Assembly (NCBI RefSeq): GCF_009914755.1
Contig: NC_060940.1
Strand: one strand, 5' to 3'
DNA length: 64,000 bases
DNA from: the human T2T-CHM13v2.0 reference genome, Homo sapiens
The position numbers were made by a program, and so were the translations under genes. The notes beneath the pieces were generated by a model. That model searched no databases, was not told the origin of the DNA, and saw only the letters and a list, made by a program, of their open reading frames with translations. Within the stretch, counting starts at the first letter, position 1. Each line of letters opens with the position of its first letter. This document shows, piece after piece, positions 25,005-40,570 of this stretch.

Positions 25005-28000
25005 TCCAGTTCCCAAATGGTAGCACAGAAGCAAGCTAGTTTCACATACTTCCACCACCCTTCCCCCACCAGCAGGATACAAAAAACAAATATAAGTGCC
25101 AAGATTATCATCAGAAATAACCCAGCAGTCAAAGATGAGGATGAGATAGTTTTGGGGGCTGCAGAGACGTGAAAAAACTCCGAGAAGGCAGTAAAAGAAC
25201 TGGACTCTCACATCCACGATGCCCCTCCCCTCATTCTGCCCAGCACCAAGTATGCAGAAAATTGTTCTCCAACTCACTGTTTCTACACTGCAAAAGGTGA
25301 GATTGAGAAGAGCAACCAACTTCTCCACCATCTTGGGTTCTCTGACAGGAGACCTCTCCTTACCTTAACTCACAGAAAGCATCACAAGTGACTGAAAGGA
25401 GAACCATCCCTGATGTGAGGCAGACAAAAAGGGGAGGCAAGACCTACAGCAGCATCACACTGCAGGAGGTTTGTCCCACAGGTCTTCTGGGAATGAATCC
25501 CTAGCCAGCTGTCTCACACTGCTGAGGTATCCCCTTTGAGACCCCCCCATTCAGAAAGGGCACTGCTTAGATCATTTATTAGAAGGACGGCGAACCTGGG
25601 CTTAAAGCGCTACCTAGAGTTGAAAATGAGTCAATTACCTAGTGGTGAAGAATCTCTAAACAAATACATCCAATAAAAAACAAAAGAAGCCAGCCAGGGA
25701 AGACAGAAACAAATAATCCTTCAATGCAAAGACATAAACATACATCCATTAGAAGCAACTGCAAACAGGGAACCATGATCTTCTCAAATGGACAAAGCAA
25801 GGAACCAGTGACTGACCCTAACGAGATGGTGGTATGTTATCTCTTTCACCAAGAATTCAAAATAGTAGTTTTAAGGAAACTCAGTGATCTCCAAGATAAA
25901 ACAGAAAAACAATTCAGAAATTTACCACAGAAACTTAACAAAGACTGAAATAATTTTAAAAATCAAACCAAAATCTTGGAACTGAGAAATATTTTTACTG
26001 AACTGAAAAATTCATTAGAAGCTCTTCTCAACAACAGAATGGATCAAGCAAAGGAAAGATCAGTGAGCTTGAAGATAGGCTTTTGAAAATACACACTCAG
26101 AGAAGAAAAAAAGAATGAAAAGCAATGAAGATTATCTACAAGATGTAAAAAGTTACCTCAAAAGGCCAAATCTGAGAATTATTGTTGTTCAAAGAGAGTT
26201 CAACAAGAATGAGAGATAAAAAGCTTTACTCAAAGAGAAAAAACTTCCCCAAATTTGAGAAAGAGATAAATATCTAGGTATAGGAAGGTCAGAGAATTCC
26301 AAAAAGATCTGACCCGAGTGAGACTAGTCCACGGCATATAATAATCAAACTCTCAAAGGTCAAGGACAAAGAGAAGATCCTAAAAACAACAAGAGAAAAG
26401 AAGTAAATATTACACAAAGGAGCCTCAATTTGTCTAGCAACAGACTTCTCAATGGAAATCATACAGGCCAGGAGGAAATGGAATTATACTTTCAAAGTGC
26501 TGAAAGAAAAAAAACTGTCACTCAAAATTACTACATTCAGCAAAGCTATTCTTCAAATATGAAGGAGAGATAAAGTCTTTCCCAGACAACCAAAAGCTGA
26601 GAGAATTCACTACCACCAGACCCATCAGACAAGAAGTGCTAAGAGAAGTTCTTCAATCTGAAAGAAAAAAAAAAAAAAAAACCATTGAAGTGCAAAAAAA
26701 AAAAATTGAAGGCATAAAACTTACTGGTAAAATTAAGTATACAAACCCAGGATACTCTAATACTGTAATTATGGTGTGCAATCCACTCATAACTCTAGTA
26801 TGGAGGCCAAAAGACAAATATATCAAAACAATAATAGCTACAGCAAACTGTTAAGAAATGGGTAATATAAAAATATGTAAGTTGAGACAAATAAAAGTCA
26901 AAATGGGAGAGGAAGTGGAGTTAAAGTGTAGGTTTTTAAAATTATTTTTGTTTCTATTCTTTTCTTGGTGATCTAAGATAAGTTATCATGTCCTTATAAT
27001 AACTTGTTATATCTATAAGATATTTTTTGTAAGCCTCATGGTAACCACAATGTAAAAACTTATAATAGACTCACTAAAAATAAAAAGCAATGAATTAAAA
27101 CATACTACCAGAGAAAATCACTTAACCACAAAGAAAGACAGGAAGAAAGGAAGAGAAGAGTTACAAAGCAACCAGAAAACAAACAACAAAATGTCAATAG
27201 TAAGCCCTTACTTAATAATAACACTGAATGTTATCACTAAATGTAAGTGAACTCAATTCCCCAATTAAAAGACATAGTACCTGAATGAATAAAGAAACAA
27301 GACTCAACTATTTGCTGCCTATAAGAAACCCACCTTACCTATAAAGACACAGAGACTGAAAGTGAAAGGGTGGAAAATGATATTCCATGCAAACAGAAAC
27401 CAAAAAGGAGCAGAAGTAGTTATACTTATATGAGAAAAAATAGACTACAAATCAAAGGCTGTGAAAAGGACATAAAAGGCCACTACGTAATGATAAAGGG
27501 GTCAATTCAGCAAAACGATATAACAATTATAAATACTTATGTATCCAGTACCAGAGCTCCCAAAGTATACAAAGCAAACATTAATAGATCTAAAGGAAGA
27601 AGTAGACTGCAATACAATAATAGTAGGAAATTTTAACACCCCACTCTTGGTAATGAGACAGATCATGCAGACAGAAAATCAGCAAACACTGGAGTTAAAC
27701 TACACACTACATAATAAGCCTAACTGACATTTATAAAACATTTCACTTAACTGCTGCAGAATACACATTCTTTTCACCAGCATATAGAATATTCTCCAGA
27801 ATAGACTATATATCAGGTGATAAAACAAGTCTCAATACATTTTAAAAAGTAGAAATGATATCAAGTACCTTTTTTGATGACATGGAGTAAAATTAGAAAT
27901 GAATAACAACAAGAACATTGGAAACTTTACAAACATGTGGAAATTAAACAACATGCTCCTGAATTACCAATAGGTCAATGAAGAAGTTAAGAAGGAATTT

Positions 28001-31000
28001 AAAAATTTATTGAAAAAAATGAAAATGAAAATACAACATAACTATATATGGGATACAGCAAAAGTAGTAATAAGAGAGGAGTTTATAGCAGTAAACACTT
28101 ATATTTAAAAAGTAGAAAGACTTTAAAGAAACAACCTAATGCACTTCAAGCAATTAGAAAAGCAAGAAAAAAAACAAAATTAATAGAAGAAAGAAATAAT
28201 AAAGATCAGAGCAGAAATAAATGAAATTCAGACGAAATAAAATTACAGATTAACAAAATGAAAAGTTACTTTTTTAAGAAGATAAAATAACAGATCTTTA
28301 GCTAAACTAAGAAAAAAAGAGAGACAACTCACATAAATAAAATCAGAAATGAAAAAGGAGACATAACAACTGAGACTACAGAAATACAAAAAGATTATAA
28401 GAAACTAGTATGAACAACTATACTCCAACAAATTGGAAAACCTAGAAGAAATGGATAAATGTCTGGACACATACAACCTATCAAGATTGAACTATGAAGA
28501 AATACAGAATCTCAATAAACCAATAATAAATAATGAGATCAAAGCCATAATAAAATGTCTCCCAACAAAGTAAAGCCCAGGACCTGATAGCTTCACTGAT
28601 GAATTCTATCCAACATTTAAAGAAGTAATAAGAATTTTTCTCAAACTCTTCAAAAAAATTGAAGAGGACAGGACACTTCCAAACTCATTCTATGAGGCCA
28701 GCATTATCCAGATATGAAAATCAAATACGGACACAATGAAAAAAGAAAACTACAGGCCATATCACTGAAGAACTTAGATGCACAAATCCTCAACAAAATA
28801 CTAGCACAAAATACATCACATTAACAGAAACAAGAACTAAAACCACTTGCTTATCTCAATAGATGTCAAAAAAGCATTTGATAAAATTCAACATCCCTTT
28901 ATGATAAAAACCCTCATCAAACTGGGTATAGAAGGAACATGCTCAAAATAATACATGCCTTATATGACGAACTCACAGTTAAGTTCATACTGAATGGGAA
29001 ACAATTAAAGGCCTTTTCCCTAAGATCTGGAATAAGACAAGTATGCCCACTTTCACCGCTTTTATTCAGTATAGTACTGAAAGCCCTGGCCGGAGTAATT
29101 AGGCAAGAGAAAGAAATAAAGGGCATTCCAACTGGAAAGAAAGAAGTCAAATTATCCTTATTCACAGATGACATGGTCTTATACTCAGGAAAACCTAAAG
29201 AATACACACACAAAAAAAACTGTTAGAATTGATAAACAAATTCAATAAATTTGCAGGATACAAAATCAACATACAAAAATCAGTAGCAATTAAATATGCC
29301 AATAGCAAACAATATGAAAAAGAGATCAAGAAAGCAATCCCATTTACATTAGCTACAAAGAATATAAAATACCTAGTAATCAATTTAACCAAATAAGTGA
29401 AAAATCTATACAGAAAACTATAAAACACTAATGAAAGAAATTGAAGCTGACACACACACACAAAGAAATATATTCCATGCTCATGGATTTAAAAAATTAA
29501 TATTGTTAAAATGACCATACTACCCAAAGCAATTTATAGATTCAATGCAATCCCTATCAAAATACCAATGATATTCTTTACAGAAATAGAAAAAAAATTC
29601 TGAAATGTATATGGAATCACAAAAGACCCTTAATAGCCAAAGCAATCCTGAGCAAAAAGAACAAAGCTGGAGGCATCATACTACCTGACTTCAAAATTTA
29701 TTTCAAAGCAATTGTAACTAAATCAGCGTGCTACTGGCATAAGAATAGACACATAGACCAATGAAACAGAGTAGAGAACACAGATATAAATTAAACACAT
29801 TTAAAGGACAATAAATGATGCTGGGAAAACTGGATATCTACATGCAGAAGAATGAAACTAGACCCCTATCTCTTACCATACACAAAAATCTAAACAAAAT
29901 GGATGAAAGACTTAAATCTAAGACCTGAAACTTTGAAACTACTAGAAGAAAACATTGGATAAACGCCACAGGACATTGGTCTGGGCAAAGATTTTTTGTA
30001 TAAGACCTCAAAAGCACAGGCAACCAAAGCAAAGATAGACAAATAGGATTAGATTAAGTTAAAAAGCTTCTGCACAGCAAAAGAAATGATCAACAAAGTG
30101 AAGAGACAACCCACAGAATGAGAAAATATTTGTAAACTCTCAACCGACAACAGATTAATAATCAGAATATATAAGGAACTCAAACAACTCAATAGCAAAT
30201 AAACAATCCAAATAAAAATGGGCAAATGATCTGAGTAGACATTTCCAAAAGAAGACATACAAATGGCCAACAAGTATATGAAAAACAATGTTCAACATCA
30301 CTAATCATCAGAGAAATGCAAATCAAAACAACAATGAGATACCATCTCACCCCAGTTAAAGTGGTTTTTATCAAAAAGACAGGAAAAAACGGATGCTGGC
30401 AAGAGTGCAGAAAACGGAGAACCCTCGTACACTGTTGATGAAAATGTAAATTAGCACAGCCATTATGGAGAACAGTTTGGAGTTTCCTCAGAAAACTAAA
30501 AATAGAAGCACCATATGATTCAGCAATTCAACTACTGGGTATATGTCCAAAACAAAGCAAATCAATATGTCAAAAAAAATCTCTGCATTCCCATATTTAT
30601 TGCAGCACTACTCACAATAGTCAAAATATGGAATCAACCTAACTGCTCAACAGTGGATAAATGGATAAAGAAAATGTGATATATACACACAATGAAATAT
30701 CTTTCAGCCATAAGAATGAAATCTTCTCATTTGCAGCAACATGGACAGAACTGGAGGTCATGATGTCAAGTGAAATAATCCAAGCACAGAAAGACAAATA
30801 TCACATGTTAAATGGGACTTAATCAAACTAAAAAGCTTCTGCACAGCAGAAGAAATAATCAACAGAGTAAATAGACAACCTACAGAATAGGAGAAAATAT
30901 TTCCAAACTATACACCTGACAAGGGACTAATATCTAGAACCTACAAGGAACTTAAACAAATAACTCTTCTGTGGGAGATAAAAAAGACAGGTAAGGGTAG

Positions 31001-31310
31001 AGAGGAGGGGAAGAATGAAGAGAAGTTGATTAATAAGTACAAATATATGGTTTCATGGAAGAAATAAGACCTAGTGTTTGCTAGATCTGTAGAGTGACTA
31101 TAGTTTATAACATTCTATCATACATTTTTAAATAGCAAGAAGAGATGAATTAACATGGTTCTGGAATGAAGAAAAAATATCTAAGGTTATGGACACACCA
31201 AGTACAATGATTTGATCCTTACAAATTATGTGAATATATTAAATTAGCACAAGTACCCCAAAACTATGTACATCTATTATGTATAAATTTTTAAAAAAGA
31301 ATAGAAAAAA
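25005..31310 (+). mobile_element. Near-full-length dead L1 (L1MA5-like)
   Basis: ORF1 remnant QEFKIVVLRKLSDLQ (25724). Endonuclease remnant NTIIVGNFNTPL (27539). RT remnant SGIRQVCPLSPLLF...KLSLFTDDMVLY (28939-29226). L1MA-type 3' UTR ataagacctagtgtttg...tatgtacatctattatgta. Many stops and frameshifts. Confidence 0.93.
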
Positions 31311-32043
31311 GGCAATAAATCTGTTCATTGTCCTTCAACCAATAACTATGAAGGGACTTCAACAAAAGTTGTGGAAAATGGAATTAAAAGATAACAAGAA
31401 TATAAATTTTATCAGCAGAAGCTGCATCAAGTTCAAGATACTTTTGTAAGCATTAATGTCAGCCATTTAGTCCATCCCTAAAGAACTGAGGGTTCTTGCA
31501 ATTTAACCATGTCAGTGAAGTCATTTTTATATTTTTAACTGAAGAAAAATGAGTGCCCCTTACAAATTTTTTAAGATTAGGAAATAAAAATAAGTCAGAA
31601 GAGGCCAAAGCAGAACTTTAAGGTGAATGCCTAATGGTTTCTCACCAAAACTCTGGCAAAATTACCGTTGTTTAATGAGAGAAATGAGCAGGAATATTGT
31701 CATGCTGGAGAAGGACTCTCTGGTGAAGCTTTTCTGAGCATTTTTGCTAAAGCTGTAGCTTTCTCTAAATATTATCATAATAAGTAGATGTTATTATTCT
31801 TTGGCTTTCAAGAACGTCAACATGCAAACTTCTGTGAGCAGCCCAAAAAACTGTTGCTAAGACCTTTGCTCTTGCCCAGTCTGCTTTTGCTTTGACTGAA
31901 CCACATCCACCTCTTAGTAGCCATCGCTTTGATTGTGCATTGTCTTTAGAATTGTACTGGTAAAGCCATGTTTCCTCTTCTGTTACAATTCTTCAAAGAA
32001 ATGCTTCAGGATCTTGATCTCACTTATTTAAAATTTCCATTGA

Positions 32044-33664
<1,621 letters not shown>

Positions 33665-34583
33665 AAAATTTCCACTGAGACTGTGCTCTTGTCTATAGCT
33701 GATCTGGGTGCAACAGTTTTGACACCCATCAAATATAAAGTTTGCTCAGCTTTTTCAGTCAGAATTTGGTAAGCTAAACCAATTGAGATGTCTATGGTGT
33801 TGGCTGTTGATTCTGCTGTTAATTGTTAGTCCTCTTCAATGCCTTTCCCCCATCCCCTGCTGTCCCACATGCTCCTGACCTGTCCTTGTCTTGACAATCC
33901 TACCTGTGTCCCCAGGACTCAGAGGTCCCAGGTGACTCTGACCTCACATCATGGGAAGGTCTTCTAGCATGCGTCCAAGGCCCTAGATGGATGTCGCTTG
34001 CTTCCCAGCCACAGCCTGCAGGACCATAGAAGCAGGTTAAGTTCAGGGGTGGAGCACAATCTGCAACATTAAAGACACAGGCAGGTCCACAGACCCAGAA
34101 GGTCTAGAAGCACATGGCCAGTGGGCTCTAAGACTCCACAAGCTGGAACCAGGGCTCACCTGGAGGTGAGCGGGTCACGTGGGCAATAGAAGGGAACAGA
34201 TTAGGGTTTACCAAGGGAGCACATCAGAGTAGCCCCAAGGCATGGCCGAGTCAGACCATGAGATGCTTCCCACTCTCCTGGTAAAATGGCTTCCCAACAG
34301 CCTCGCCAAGGGAGGTGGGCGCTTGGCTCGCAAGCCTGGCTGGCAGTCACATAGTGCAGATGGGCTGCTGACAGCATCCCCCTCATACCCCCTCCTCAGA
34401 ATCCCCAGAAGAGGGGGCGAGCAGCATGCCTGCCCGTACATCCCCTCCTGTCGCATTCAGACAATCTGGCTGCATCTCTCATGTGCACCCCACCCCCATG
34501 ACTCCCCACATCCACACTGGCCCCTCTGCGCCTCCACATCCACAGATCCAAGTCATCACTTCAAAATCAGAGTGCTTCAAAAT

Positions 34584-34967
34584 TAGGGCCAGGCCCAACA
34601 TTTATGGAGACACCCTAAATACTCAGCAATCAAGATAAATACTATTTTCATGCAATATTTTTAAATGAGTGCAAAATATGTCCATGGTGAACAAACTAGC
34701 AAAAATTTACATGAAGACAGCATCCGACAGGGCATAGATTGTATTGAAGAAAGTGAGGTCGAATCATGAAAGTGCAGGATTAAATGCTGTCTTTATTGAA
34801 AATGTTGATGTTTTGCTCACGATGGAATGTTTTTTGCATTACTTTGAAATTTTTTAAAATATTTTTAAATATTGCAGAAATCTATCTTAAGTACTGATTT
34901 TTGGCCCCCACTTCAGTTCTGAGGCTGAAGTGAGAACCTTGCTCTCCTCAGCTTAATCTCAGTTCTG
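34584..34967. mobile_element. MER96B-like palindromic hAT element
   Basis: actcagcaatcaagataaat...tccatggtgaacaaa...aagacag is mirrored by ctgtcttt...ttttgctcacgatgga...tatcttaagtactga. Confidence 0.8.
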
Positions 34968-35289
34968 TAAAACCCAATTGTGGCCCCCTCACCACCTTCC
35001 TTGGCCCAGCAGTGGCTCCCCAATATTGTCAGGGCAAACTCTATGTCCTCTAGGTCTTCGTGGTTGATTGGATCCCTGCCCACCTCTTTGTCCCAATCAC
35101 TAATGGTCAGATGGAACACACCCACGTAGCCATAAAGATTGTTAGAACATTGAAAATACTTCCTTATCCCAAGCACACCTACACCAAATGTTCCCTGACA
35201 TCCTCCCTCCTCCCCCAGCAACCTGTCAGAACCCCCCACAATTCAGCAACCAAAGGACCAATGTCTGACCAACTGGATCCCCTAGGCTC

Positions 35290-35870
35290 TGCATATGCAA
35301 TATTTTAAATAGTCCCCTGTCCAGCATCATCCTTTGCCAGGCTTCTCTCCCTGCTCCAGCCACACCAGCCTTTGCCCTGTCTCTCCGAATATGCTGTTCC
35401 CTCTGCCTGGTACTTGATACCTTCCACTCCCTGCCCAGTTATCTCTGACTTATCCTTCAGATCTCCCCCAAGTGTCACTACTACAAGGAGTTATCATAAG
35501 AGAGGGTCTATTATAAAAGCCAGTTTGGTTCTGGTTTTTGCACCCCTTAGCCATGTGATGCCTTGTGCCACCTTGGGACTCTGCAGAGAGTCCCCACCAG
35601 CAAGAAGGCCCTTGCCAGATGCAGCCCCTCGATTTTGGACTTCCCAGTCTTCAGAACTGTCCCAGGCTTTTCTGACTCCCTTTTGAATGGTTCTCTTCAT
35701 GCTATGTGTTACTTCTGTGGTTCTAATCACGGTTGTAATTTTACATTGTTTGTGTGATTTTTTAAAAATCAGTTTTCCAGTGCTAAACTGTAGGCTTCAT
35801 GAAAACAGAGAGATTGGGCCTGTATGTTTTATCTCCAATGCCTATCAAAATACTGACACATAGACACATA
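35290..35870 (+). mobile_element. L2 fragment interrupted by an LTR-internal copy (35490-35660)
   Basis: ctccagccacaccagcct...tgctgttccctctgcctgg...tccttcagatctc...tgtcac | gcttttctgactccc. Confidence 0.7.
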
Positions 35871-36927
35871 GTATTCCTTCTCCCTTGAGAAGGGGAATGG
35901 AGGAGATGCATAAGAGCCATTTATAGGAATGTCTTAAGTCATAGACAAAAAAAACAAAAAAAATTACATCCTACTTCAAGATCATGGTGCCTGAAATCCC
36001 ACCACCAGTATGATTCTGTAAGGTTGGACATTTTTGGTGGATTACCAATTAAGCCCAAAACCCCATTTTCCATATGGAGAAATCAAGGCCCAGGTAGATA
36101 AAATGAGTTTTCCAAGGCCATACAGTAATTAGTGACAGAATCAGGGTTCTTGACTCCTAGTCCAGTGCTTTTTCCACTCCACCCTCTGCTATTCTTTCTT
36201 CATCCCAGGAATTACTTCCAATGTCCAAACTTCTCTACTGTAAATATCCTTCCTTCTCATTCCCTTCCTGCAGTCTATTTTCTACACAACATGTATTAGA
36301 CAGAATGGAGTTGGGAGCCATGGAGAAGAGAAATCTATGCAGCCAATGAGGAACAGAGGCAAGATCCTTTAACCAAAGGTCCTCCACCTCACCATGATGC
36401 CCAAAAGGAATTAGCCTAAGTTTGTTCTGCCACAACACACGTGGACTCAGTCAATGACAGCCTACTGATGCAAGGTCAAGTGCAATCTTCTTAGCCTGAC
36501 ATGTCAGGCCTTAGATGATCTGGCCCTTGCTCTGTCTCCACCCTATCTCTTGCTATTGCAACTCATATCCCACATTGCAGTCATTCTGGACTGGCCTTAA
36601 CCCTATTCTCACCCCTCTGATCCTTTATGCATGCCACTTCTCCTTTCTAAAAGGCCCTTCTCTTAATCTATCAGGCCAACTAATAGCCCTCTGTCCTTTG
36701 GGGCCTGCCTCAGGAATCCCCTTATCCAGGAAGCTCTTCCAACCTTCCCCCAAATTAGGTTAGATTGGGTTGCAAACCCACTGCACCCTGACTCCTGGCC
36801 TCTCACTACTCAACCATGAGATTTCTGAGGACAGGGACCTTGCCTTGGGCATGCTGTGTCTCTGATGCTGAATCATGTGATGCTTATGAAGCATCTACCA
36901 CATGTTAAATGCATATCAGACATGGGC

Positions 36928-37415
36928 TGCCATGGAGTTAATGTTTGGCCCCTCTGAAACTCATGTTGAAACCCAATCACCAATGTCGCATTATGAAGAG
37001 GTGGGACTTTTAAGACCCTCATTGGGTCATGAGGGCTATGCCTTCATAAATGGATTAATTCACTCAAGGATTAATGGATAAATGGATTGATGGGTTATCA
37101 GAGGACTGGGTTGGTTATCACAAGAGTGTGTCTATTATAAAAGCCAGTTTTGTTTTGACCAGGAAGTGCCATGTGTCACTTCTCTTCACAGCTCATTGGC
37201 CAGAACCAGTCACACATGCAATTGCTATCCATGTGATGCCCTGTGCCACCTCAGGACTCTGCAGAGAGTCTCCACCAGCAAGAAGGCCCTCACCAGATGC
37301 AACCCCTTGATTTTGAACTTCCCAACCTCCAAAACTGAAAGAAATAAATTTGTTTTCTTTATAAATTGCCCAGTCTCAGGTATTCAGTTGTAGCAACAGA
37401 AAACAGACTAAGACA
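36928..37415 (+). mobile_element. MSTD/MLT1A-like MaLR solo LTR carrying a 64-bp foreign insert
   Basis: tgccatggagttaatgt...aaactcatgttgaaac...gactctgcagagagtc...cagactaagaca. Confidence 0.85.
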
Positions 37416-38490
37416 CTGGGGGTACAATGATGAATACAGGTCTCTGTTCTTGTGGAGTTTACTGTCAGTGGATGAGACAAAGAGTAAATATGTTAGTTAG
37501 TTAGTTGCTTACTTCATTTGTTCATTCATTAAATGATAGATTGTTATTAGTGTTTAAAATAAATAGTGTGTGATGACAGAAAATAATGGGGGGGGGAGGG
37601 TGGGCAACTCTGGATAGAGTCATCAGGGAGTCCTCTCTGAGAAGGGTGAGATCTAACCTGAGACCTGAAGGATAGGAAGGAGCCAGCCATGAGACCAACC
37701 AGGCAGAGGAAATGCACAGGCAAAGACCCTGCAAAAAGAAAGAGCTTGTTGAGTCTGAGGCAGAGTAAGCAGCTCAGTGAGCTAGGGGCTGATGAGATGA
37801 GGTTCAAGAGGGAGGCAGGAGCCAGATTACACAGCAACTCAGTGATAAGTGCAACAGGAAGCCATTGAAGAACTCTGATCTGGCTGCTGCGTAAAGAATG
37901 AATTTGGGGGATACAAAGGTAGGAGTAGGGACATTAATTAGGTGACTATTCCACAAAATTTGGCAATGATGATGGAAGTTCAGACTAGGGTAGCAGGAGG
38001 GAGAAGAAAAATTGTGTGAAGATAAATCTGATATCTCAGTAGTTAAGTAACACTCAATACATACAGAGTTTATTTTTTGCCCACATGAGAGTCCAGTGTG
38101 AATTGGGAAGTCCTTCATCTTGCAGCTCTACCATTTGGAATACATGGCCTTCAAGGCCTATCAGGGAAAGAGAGAGATGAAGGAGGCACGTCATGGGTTC
38201 TTAACTGTTTTGACCAGGAAGTGTCATGTGTCACTTCTCTTCACAGCTCATTGGCCAGAACCAGTCACATGACTCCATTCTAACTGCAAAGGAGAATGGG
38301 AAATGGCGGGGAGGACATGGGATATCTCATAAGCACTTTCTGATGGAAATGGACTTACTCAAGATACCCTTTCGAGGTAGAAGTGATCTGACTTGTTGAT
38401 AGATCAGATGTAGGGATTTGGGATAGTAGTGATAAAGAAATGGGAAGAGTAAGGGATAATTCCCAGATTTCCCTCATTAGCAATTGGGTG
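37416..38490 (-). mobile_element. L2a fragment containing an MLT1J/K-like LTR piece (~38040-38340)
   Basis: cagggagtcctctctgagaagggtgagatctaacctgagacctgaagg is L2. gtcacttctcttcacagctcattggccagaaccagtcacatg...taactgcaaagg is MLT1. Confidence 0.7.
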
Positions 38491-39390
38491 TAGATTTAAC
38501 ATATCCCAAACTAAACTATTGCCCTTCCCTTCCAATGAATCTGCTCTCTTCCTCCATCTTAGTTGGTGAAAATTCCATGTTTCTGGTTTCTCAGTTCAAA
38601 AGCCTTAGAGTCTTACCTGAATTGTATACTTTAAGTGGGTGAATTATCTCACTAAAGCTGTTACTATATGTATATACATATACATGACACATATGTATAT
38701 ACATATATACACATATCTAGAATCTGTTCACTTATTTTACCTCCACTGCTACTACCCTGGTTCCAGCCACCACCATCTCTCACCTGGACCACTGAAACAC
38801 AGCAGCCAGAGTGATTCTGTTATAATGTAAAACAGAATAGGTCATCATCTGCAAAATACACAGCAAAGACTAAAACCACATTCTTTGCAATGGTCTACAA
38901 AGGCCTACATACTATGACCTCTCTTTCGTAACCCTTGACCCCACCTCCTCCTATCATCTCCTCTTATTCATTCTCATCCACCCACACCAGCCTTCTTGCT
39001 GTTCCTCCAATGTACCAAGGGTTCTTGTCTCAGGGCCCTTGCACTTGTTGTTCCTGCTCTCTGATTTGCTCACTCATACATCTCCTTCTCAATACTTTGC
39101 TCAAATTTTACCTTTATAGTGGGGTTTCCTTGACTGTCCTATTTAAAATTGCAATCCAACCCCAACCTCAATGTGTTTAATCCCCTTTACTCTATCAACA
39201 CTTTTAGAGTATTTATCACCTTCTAATGTATTGTATAATTAATTATTTGTTATAGCTAGCATTATTGTTCTGCCTTTCCTCACTAAAATGTAAATTTCAA
39301 GAGAATGTATATTATTGTTTTGTTCACTGATGCATTCCAAGCATTCAGTAGACATTCAGTTAGTATTTGTTGATTAAATAAATAAATAAA
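38490..39390 (+). mobile_element. L2a 3' portion
   Basis: ccaccatctctcacctggacca...cagggcccttgcacttg...ttttgttcactgatgcattcca...tatttgttgattaaataaat. Confidence 0.8.
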
Positions 39391-39626
39391 TATGTGAAAT
39401 GTGTCATCACGTGGAATGGAGAAGTCTCTGGACCATAGTAGGTGCTCAGTAAATATCTATTAATTTAATATCAGTACAATATTGATCCACGGACTGGACT
39501 TAGAAATGTTTCCCACTGCATGGGGATAGGGATTAAATGAGATTATGCATAAAGTGCTTGACCCATAGTAGATTCTCAGTAAGGGTTAATTTACTATGAC
39601 TTTGCCTCAAAAGTTATATTCTTCAT

Positions 39627-39955
39627 TCTATTAGTCAGGATTATCCAGAGAAATAGAACCAATAGAAACCAAGAAATTGTGTGGGGTGTGTGTGTGTGTG
39701 TGTGTGCGCGTGTGCATGTGCACATGCATGCATGTGTGTCAAGAGAGGAAGAGAGAGAAATTATAAGATACTGCCTTGTGTGACTATGGAAGCTGTGAAG
39801 TCCCAAGGTCTGCAGTCAGCAATCTGGGGGCCCCAGAGAGCCCATGTGTAGCTCCAGTCTAAGCGCAGGGCCTGAGACGGGAGAGTTACTGGTGTAAGTT
39901 TTAGTTTGAAAGTTGGCAGCCTAGAGACCCAAGAAGAACCCGTGTTTTTTGTTTT

Positions 39956-39988
<33 letters not shown>

Positions 39989-40570
39989 GAGACAGAGTCT
40001 CACTCTGTCACTCAGGCTAGAGTACAGTGGTGTGATCTCAGCTCACTGCAACCTCCACCTCCTGAGTTCAAGCCATTCTTGTGCCTCAGGCACCTGAGTA
40101 GCTGGGATTACAGGTGTGCACCACCACGCTTGGCTAATTTTTGTATTTTTAGTAGAGATGGAGTTTCACAGTGTTGGCCAGGCTGCTGTTGAACTCCCAA
40201 CCTTAGGTGATCCACCCGCCTTGGCCTCCCAATGTGCTGGGATTACAGGCATGAGCCACTCACTGTGCCTGGTCTAATGTTTCAATTTGAGTCCAAAAGG
40301 TGGAATAAAAAAAGATATCCCAGCTCAAAACAGGCAGAAAGAGTTTCTTCTTATCTGTGGGAGAGTCAGCCTTTCTGTTCTATTTCAGCTTTCAACTGAT
40401 TGGATGAGGGCCACCCACATTAGGAAGGGCAATCTGCTTTACTCAGGCTATTGATTCAAGTGTTAATCTCATCTAAAAACAGCCTCACTGACACAGCCAG
40501 AATAATATTTGGCCAAATATCTGGGCACCCCATGGCCCAGTCAAGTTGACACGTAAAATTAATCATCACA
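39627..40570 (-). mobile_element. MLT2B (ERVL) solo LTR with internal (TG)n and Alu
   Basis: tattagtcaggattatccagagaaatagaaccaatag...ggcccagtcaagttgacacgtaaaattaatcatcaca. Near-TSD ttcat/tccat. Confidence 0.88.
39945..40274 (-). mobile_element. AluS (Sx/Sz-like)
   Basis: Full dimer with (TTTTG)n tail, inside MLT2B. Confidence 0.93.

Noticed and set aside
28939-29226. Reverse-transcriptase-like ORF
   Set aside because: A fragment of a dead L1 (FTDD in place of FADD, flanked by stops and frameshifts). Not a functional CDS.
34160-34450. Mild CpG enrichment and a gaggtgag splice-donor-like site
   Set aside because: Too sparse for a CpG island, and no supportable exon or acceptor.
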